From positions 1-21,752 of the forward strand of contig JBHLNS010000015.1 in NCBI GenBank assembly GCA_048941285.1: a DNA stretch of 21,752 nt, given 5' to 3'. Numbering within the stretch: position 1 is the first letter of the stretch; every line of letters begins with the position of its first letter. This DNA comes from Promethearchaeota archaeon (lineage in GTDB: Archaea; Asgardarchaeota; Lokiarchaeia; Sigyniarchaeales; SOKP01). A program made the position numbers and the translations under genes. Below, piece by piece: positions 17,898-21,752 of this stretch. The notes below the pieces were generated by a model. That model was not told the DNA's origin, did not search any database, and saw only the letters and a program-made list of their open reading frames with translations.

Positions 17898-18440
17898 TTA
17901 TTTATGTTTATTAGGCAGATATCCCATTGAATCTAGAGCTTTTAATATAATTTCTTTGCTTTGTTCAACCGTTTCTTTATCTGTTTCAACGATTATATCT
18001 GCTGTATCAGGATCCTCGAAAGGATGATCAATTCCAGTAAAATCCTTTATTTCACCAGCTCTTGCTTTAGCATACATTCCTTTAATATCTCTCCTTTCAC
18101 ATTCCTCAAGAGAACATTTAACATAGACAAGTATATAATTACCAATCTCTTTTCGAGAATAGGCTCTTATCTTATTATATGGTGATACGAAGGATGCTAA
18201 CACAGCAACTCCATTTCTAGTCAGTAACTTAGCAACAAAGGTAACTCTTTCAATGTTCATATTTCTATCTTCCTCAGAAAAGCCTAAATCTCTGGTTAAT
18301 CCTTTTCTAACTATGTCTCCGTCAAGTCTTTCGACTTTCATTCCTCTTTTTTTCAGATCTTCAGCAACAGCATCTGCTAGAACACTCTTGCCTGAACAAG
18401 GAAGACCTGTAAACCATAATGTAAAGCCTTTATGTTCCAT
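17898..18440 (-). CDS. cysC: Adenylyl-sulfate (APS) kinase
   Basis: 'WFTGLPCSGKS' P-loop, 'LDGDIVR', 'DLGFSEEDR..N', 'FVSPY', 'RDIKGMYAKA', 'FTGIDHPFE'. Confidence 0.96.
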   Translation of the reverse strand: MEHKGFTLWFTGLPCSGKSVLADAVAEDLKKRGMKVERLDGDIVRKGLTRDLGFSEEDRNMNIERVTFVAKLLTRNGVAVLASFVSPYNKIRAYSRKEIGNYILVYVKCSLEECERRDIKGMYAKARAGEIKDFTGIDHPFEDPDTADIIVETDKETVEQSKEIILKALDSMGYLPNKHK

Positions 18441-18462
18441 TTCTTTTCATTTAGCTTATTTT

Positions 18463-19863
18463 TTAAAAATTTATTATATTACCTTCCATATCCTTAGGAA
18501 CTTCAACATCTAAAATTTTTAAAGAAGTTGGAGCAATATCAAGTATATTCTTGATTCCTAAATTTTTGCCTCTCTTATTTATTGGGTCATAAATAATGTA
18601 AACACCAAACCAATCATGAACTGCATCATCAGGACCTGTATCATTTTCATCTAAATACATAGAATCATATCCAACAGTTCCTGCGGATCTCCAATTTAAA
18701 TCGTCAAAGTATACCATTAGATCTGGTGGGTCTCCATTTAAAACCTGAAACAATTCTTCTGGTTTATAGATGATTGTATTCATTGGATTACCATTATTAT
18801 CCTTTATGGATTTTAACTTTTTAATAACAACTTCTCTTACTTTCTCATAATCTTTTTTCTTAATAATTCCATGGGGCTCTCTTCCTTTAACATTAAGGAA
18901 TATTCTTGCGTAATAACCCCCCCACCCCCAAGCATAAGTATTATCCCAATCAATATCCGCTTCTGCTAACCTTGTTCGGGGTTTTGGTTTAGTTTTAAAT
19001 TTTAATAGTCCCAATTCTTCAAGAGCCATATTTACACATATTAAACCTTTCATTGCTTTAGCACCATGATCTGAAACTACCATGGTAATAGTATTTTCAT
19101 CAAGTAATTCCAAGATTTCTCCAATTTCTTGATCCAGATATTGATAGTATTTCTTCATTTCTTCTTCAAATTTATTCCCTTGGATAAATTTAATATGATT
19201 TTTATCATAATATTTCCAAAATGAATGATGGAATCTGTCTAATCCAATAATTACAAATTTAAAATAATCCCATTCCTTATTTTGGATTAAATATTTTACA
19301 GTTTTAAAATGAATCTTGGTCATGTCATAAATTTCTTTTAATAAGATAGTTTTATCTTCTACTCTAAAATTAGCATCCAAGATGTAATTTCCAACATGTT
19401 GTTTAATTTCTTCTTTTAATTCTGGAGGATAAGTATATTCTACTGTTGTATCTGGTGTAATAAAACCAGATACTAAGCAACCATTTATTGGCTGAACTGG
19501 ATATGTTGGTGGTAACCCTAAAATACAAGATTTTAAACCCTTTTCTGCAATTATATCCCAAATTTTAGGTTCTTTAATTTTATAAGATGTTGCGATCCAA
19601 TAATCATCGTATGAATTCTCTTTTCTATGTCTAAATCCATATAATCCTAGCGTTCCTGCTTTTTTTCCTGTTGACATCACCATCCAAGCAGGAATTGTAA
19701 TTGGGGGATCGCATGTTTTTAATTTGCCATAGACACCATACTCCACCATTTTCTTTATATTAGGACAATCATCTAGGAAGTCTTCTAATAGAGTTTTAGG
19801 TGTAGCACAATCTAATCCTATGACAACTAATCTTTTTTTATTTTTATTCATCATTGAATGCAT
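18463..19863 (-). CDS. Alkaline phosphatase superfamily / nucleotide pyrophosphatase-phosphodiesterase-type protein
   Basis: 'VIGLDCA' metal ligand, Thr nucleophile in 'PPITIPAW..MSTGK', 'DRFHH', 'VVSDHG', 'LNVKGREP.G', 'DIAPT'. No signal peptide or transmembrane segment. Several in-frame Met start candidates. Confidence 0.88.
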   Translation of the reverse strand: MHSMMNKNKKRLVVIGLDCATPKTLLEDFLDDCPNIKKMVEYGVYGKLKTCDPPITIPAWMVMSTGKKAGTLGLYGFRHRKENSYDDYWIATSYKIKEPKIWDIIAEKGLKSCILGLPPTYPVQPINGCLVSGFITPDTTVEYTYPPELKEEIKQHVGNYILDANFRVEDKTILLKEIYDMTKIHFKTVKYLIQNKEWDYFKFVIIGLDRFHHSFWKYYDKNHIKFIQGNKFEEEMKKYYQYLDQEIGEILELLDENTITMVVSDHGAKAMKGLICVNMALEELGLLKFKTKPKPRTRLAEADIDWDNTYAWGWGGYYARIFLNVKGREPHGIIKKKDYEKVREVVIKKLKSIKDNNGNPMNTIIYKPEELFQVLNGDPPDLMVYFDDLNWRSAGTVGYDSMYLDENDTGPDDAVHDWFGVYIIYDPINKRGKNLGIKNILDIAPTSLKILDVEVPKDMEGNIINF

Positions 19864-19898
19864 AAAATATTCTTTTTTATAAAATTGATTAAAAAAAA

Positions 19899-21047
19899 TT
19901 AAGAAACAAACGGATTTTTATATTGTAGAATAACTTTAGCTACTTCGGGACGCATTACTTCTGGATCTGGAGGTTTACCTGATTGTAAAGCATCTCGTAT
20001 TTCCCTCCCTGCAAAAAAGTTTTGCATTTCTGGTGGGTGAGGACAAATCTTATCATTTACTATTGAATCACATTTACTGCATTTTGAAAACGACCTAAAT
20101 AAGATTGGTTCAATACCTAGATCAGGGAAAAGGTCAAAGATTTTATGAGCATCATAAGGGCCATAATAATCACCAACACCAGCATGGTCCCGTCCTATTA
20201 TTATATGATCACAACCGAAATTTTTTCTTGCTATAGCATGAAAAATAGCCTCTTTAGGTCCAGCATATCTCATTTCTGTTTCGAATGTGCTTAGAACAAC
20301 CCTATCTTTAGGATAATATTCTTCTATCAACACTTGGTAGGATTTTATTATTACCTCATCTAGAAAATCCCCGATTTTTTTCTTTCCTATTACAGGATTT
20401 ATAAAAAGTCCATCAACATATGTCAGACCTGCTTTTTGAACATACTCATGGCCTAAATGGGGAGGATTTCTTGTTTGAAATGCTACTACTCTATCCCATT
20501 TCTTTTCTTTGAATAAGACTCTAGTTTCTATTGGTTTTAAATCTAATTCAGGAAAAGTAGGTTTTGGTTCATTAATTAAGAAAATCTCACCACCCAGTAA
20601 TTTTTCTTTCATTTTATAAACACTCTTTACACCGGGATGTTTTTCATCCAGTGTTCCATAAACCTTCTCAGCCAATTCCTTCTTATTATAATTATATTTA
20701 TCTTCAACATCCATTAATGCTATAGGGATTTCCGAAGGATCAACTAATAAAACTCTATCATCAATATTAATCAGATTTGCTTTACTCTCATCAACATCTA
20801 GTACTATTGGAAAAGGCCATGCTATGTTATTTTCTAAATACATATGTTGGAGAACGTATCTATAATTGTTTTCATTCATAAATCCTTCTAAAGGACTAAA
20901 TACTCCGAAAGCTATGTTTTTAATTACTTTTATTGTCTGAGGATTTACATGTATCTTTTCAAAATCGTTTAACTGGTTCAAAATTCGTTCTTTCTCAAAT
21001 TTCGGTAATTCTTTATTTATTAAAGTTCCACCATGTGGCTGTATCAT
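19899..21047 (-). CDS. sat: Sulfate adenylyltransferase (ATP sulfurylase)
   Basis: 'PHGG.L', 'FSPLEGFM', 'AFQTRNPPHLGHE', 'MRYAGPKEAIFHAIARKNFGC', 'GRDHAGVG', zinc site 'CSKC...CPH', 'MRPEV'. Confidence 0.97.
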   Translation of the reverse strand: MIQPHGGTLINKELPKFEKERILNQLNDFEKIHVNPQTIKVIKNIAFGVFSPLEGFMNENNYRYVLQHMYLENNIAWPFPIVLDVDESKANLINIDDRVLLVDPSEIPIALMDVEDKYNYNKKELAEKVYGTLDEKHPGVKSVYKMKEKLLGGEIFLINEPKPTFPELDLKPIETRVLFKEKKWDRVVAFQTRNPPHLGHEYVQKAGLTYVDGLFINPVIGKKKIGDFLDEVIIKSYQVLIEEYYPKDRVVLSTFETEMRYAGPKEAIFHAIARKNFGCDHIIIGRDHAGVGDYYGPYDAHKIFDLFPDLGIEPILFRSFSKCSKCDSIVNDKICPHPPEMQNFFAGREIRDALQSGKPPDPEVMRPEVAKVILQYKNPFVS

Positions 21048-21109
21048 ATTTTTAATCTCAACCTGTTAGTTATTTATTATTTTTTATTATTCACATAAAA
21101 ATTATAACT

Positions 21110-21352
21110 TTAATCTATATATCCCAAATCTCTTAAACGTTGTTTGACTTTTTCTTCTTCTTCTTTAGTGAATGCTCTCTTTTTCCTTTCATCTTCTTCG
21201 ATGGATGATATAACTTGTCTTAAGACATATGTTACATAACTAGAAACACTAGAGAAACCAGTCCCCTTCATACGTTCCTTAATCTTCTGTGCAAGTGGTT
21301 TGGGAATAGAAACAGTAGTATATTCTACCTTATCTTCTTCATTTTCAGACAT
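21110..21352 (-). CDS. CopG/ribbon-helix-helix transcriptional regulator with C-terminal 'RLRDLGY' tail
   Basis: 'YTTVSIPKPLAQKIKERMKGTGFSSVSSYVTYVLR' fits the RHH strand-helix-(G.S.S)-helix pattern; first gene of the sat-AlkP-cysC unit. Confidence 0.85.
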   Translation of the reverse strand: MSENEEDKVEYTTVSIPKPLAQKIKERMKGTGFSSVSSYVTYVLRQVISSIEEDERKKRAFTKEEEEKVKQRLRDLGYID

Positions 21353-21400
21353 TATTCTTTTCGCTTAATATAATTTTAAGTATTATAATAATTCAATTAA

Positions 21401-21430
21401 TTATTATTAATAATTATTAATAATTATTAA
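21401..21430. repeat. 10-bp tandem repeat (TAATTATTAA) containing a perfect 24-bp palindrome (21407-21430); candidate operator
   Basis: ttattattaa-taattattaa-taattattaa. TTAATAATTATTAATAATTATTAA equals its own reverse complement and lies 55-78 bp upstream of the RHH start. The repeat is directly visible; the function is inferred. Confidence 0.6.
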
Positions 21431-21439
21431 AATTTAAAG

Positions 21440-21455
21440 TATAAACCAATATAAA
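21440..21455 (-). promoter_or_regulatory. Candidate archaeal TATA boxes for the RHH-sat-AlkP-cysC unit
   Basis: TTTATA on the minus strand at 21440-21445 and 21450-21455. The AT-rich background limits significance. Confidence 0.3.
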
Positions 21456-21560
21456 GATTTTCTATCATAAATTATACGAATTTCAGTTTTTTATGTATCA
21501 AGTTTAAATTAAGATATACATATGATTATTTTAAAATTATAAATCTAACTAAGAATTATT

Positions 21561-21752
21561 CTAATTTTCTAAATAAATAACAAATAAATCATTGATCTGA
21601 CTCTCAGTGAGATCTTTTAACTCTACTTGCATCCATTCCCAGTTTGTACCAGGGTAAAAACTAGCTTCTAAATTAAAACCGGTTCCTGTCTCAACAACCG
21701 TGGCAGTCTTCCCCGCGGTTAAATCAATGCCTTCCAAGGCGGTTACCGCGGC
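21561..21752 (-). CDS. 3' end of a hypothetical protein, truncated by the window edge
   Basis: Open minus-strand frame from the window end to a TAG at 21561-21563: AAVTALEGIDLTAGKTATVVETGTGFNLEASFYPGTNWEWMQVELKDLTESQINDLFVIYLEN*. GC content rises over the adjacent intergenic DNA. Not in the ORF track. Confidence 0.65.
   Translation of the reverse strand, partial: AAVTALEGIDLTAGKTATVVETGTGFNLEASFYPGTNWEWMQVELKDLTESQINDLFVIYLEN

Noticed and set aside
6934-18513. Short ORF-track entries of 60-90 aa (6934-7173, 9204-9386, 9699-9908, 13643-13828, 14371-14640, 14731-14985, 16245-16487, 16578-16790, 16929-17201, 17520-17720, 17961-18185, 18253-18513)
   Set aside because: All lie antisense to well-supported genes and show no family motifs; treated as shadow ORFs.
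17898-21047. sat/cysC as evidence of dissimilatory or assimilatory sulfate reduction
   Set aside because: No aprAB, qmo, dsr, cysH or sulfite reductase in the window; APS kinase plus a sulfotransferase points to PAPS for sulfation.
21391-21430. Tandem repeat as a CRISPR array or mobile-element end
   Set aside because: The units are 10 bp with no spacers, and there are no cas, transposase or integrase genes in the window.
21712-21752. GC-rich inverted repeats (CCGCGGT...ACCGCGG enclosing GCCT-TCCA-AGGC) as a possible tRNA, ncRNA or terminator
   Set aside because: No tRNA T-loop or D-loop consensus; the segment lies in an open minus-strand frame, where repeated Ala/Thr codons explain it; it is also cut by the window edge.

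Overview
Strongly AT-rich, gene-dense window of probable archaeal origin. An Asgard (Lokiarchaeia-like) source is an inference from the archaeal/eukaryotic-type IleRS plus a ubiquitin-system-like protein. Layout: (1) a glycan module with a GT4 glycosyltransferase, PAPS-dependent sulfotransferase and Wzx-like flippase; (2) a 554-aa protein with four E2-fold (UEV/RWD-like) repeats and a C-terminal Cys/His-rich RING, a candidate FANCL-like/Rbx1-like E3 ligase, followed by ileS; (3) two minus-strand NDP-sugar SDRs, divergent from an 8-gene run that interleaves heptose genes (hddA, gmhA, gmhB, a degenerate HldE-kinase-like gene) with non-oxidative pentose phosphate genes (rpe, tal, split tkt); (4) a minus-strand RHH-sat-AlkP-cysC PAPS-synthesis unit with a 24-bp palindrome upstream; (5) the 3' end of a truncated minus-strand ORF. 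Overall it reads as a locus for a sulfated, heptose-containing surface glycan that carries its own precursor supply. No RNA genes, CRISPR arrays or mobile elements were recognised. All calls come from motif reading by eye; no searches were run.
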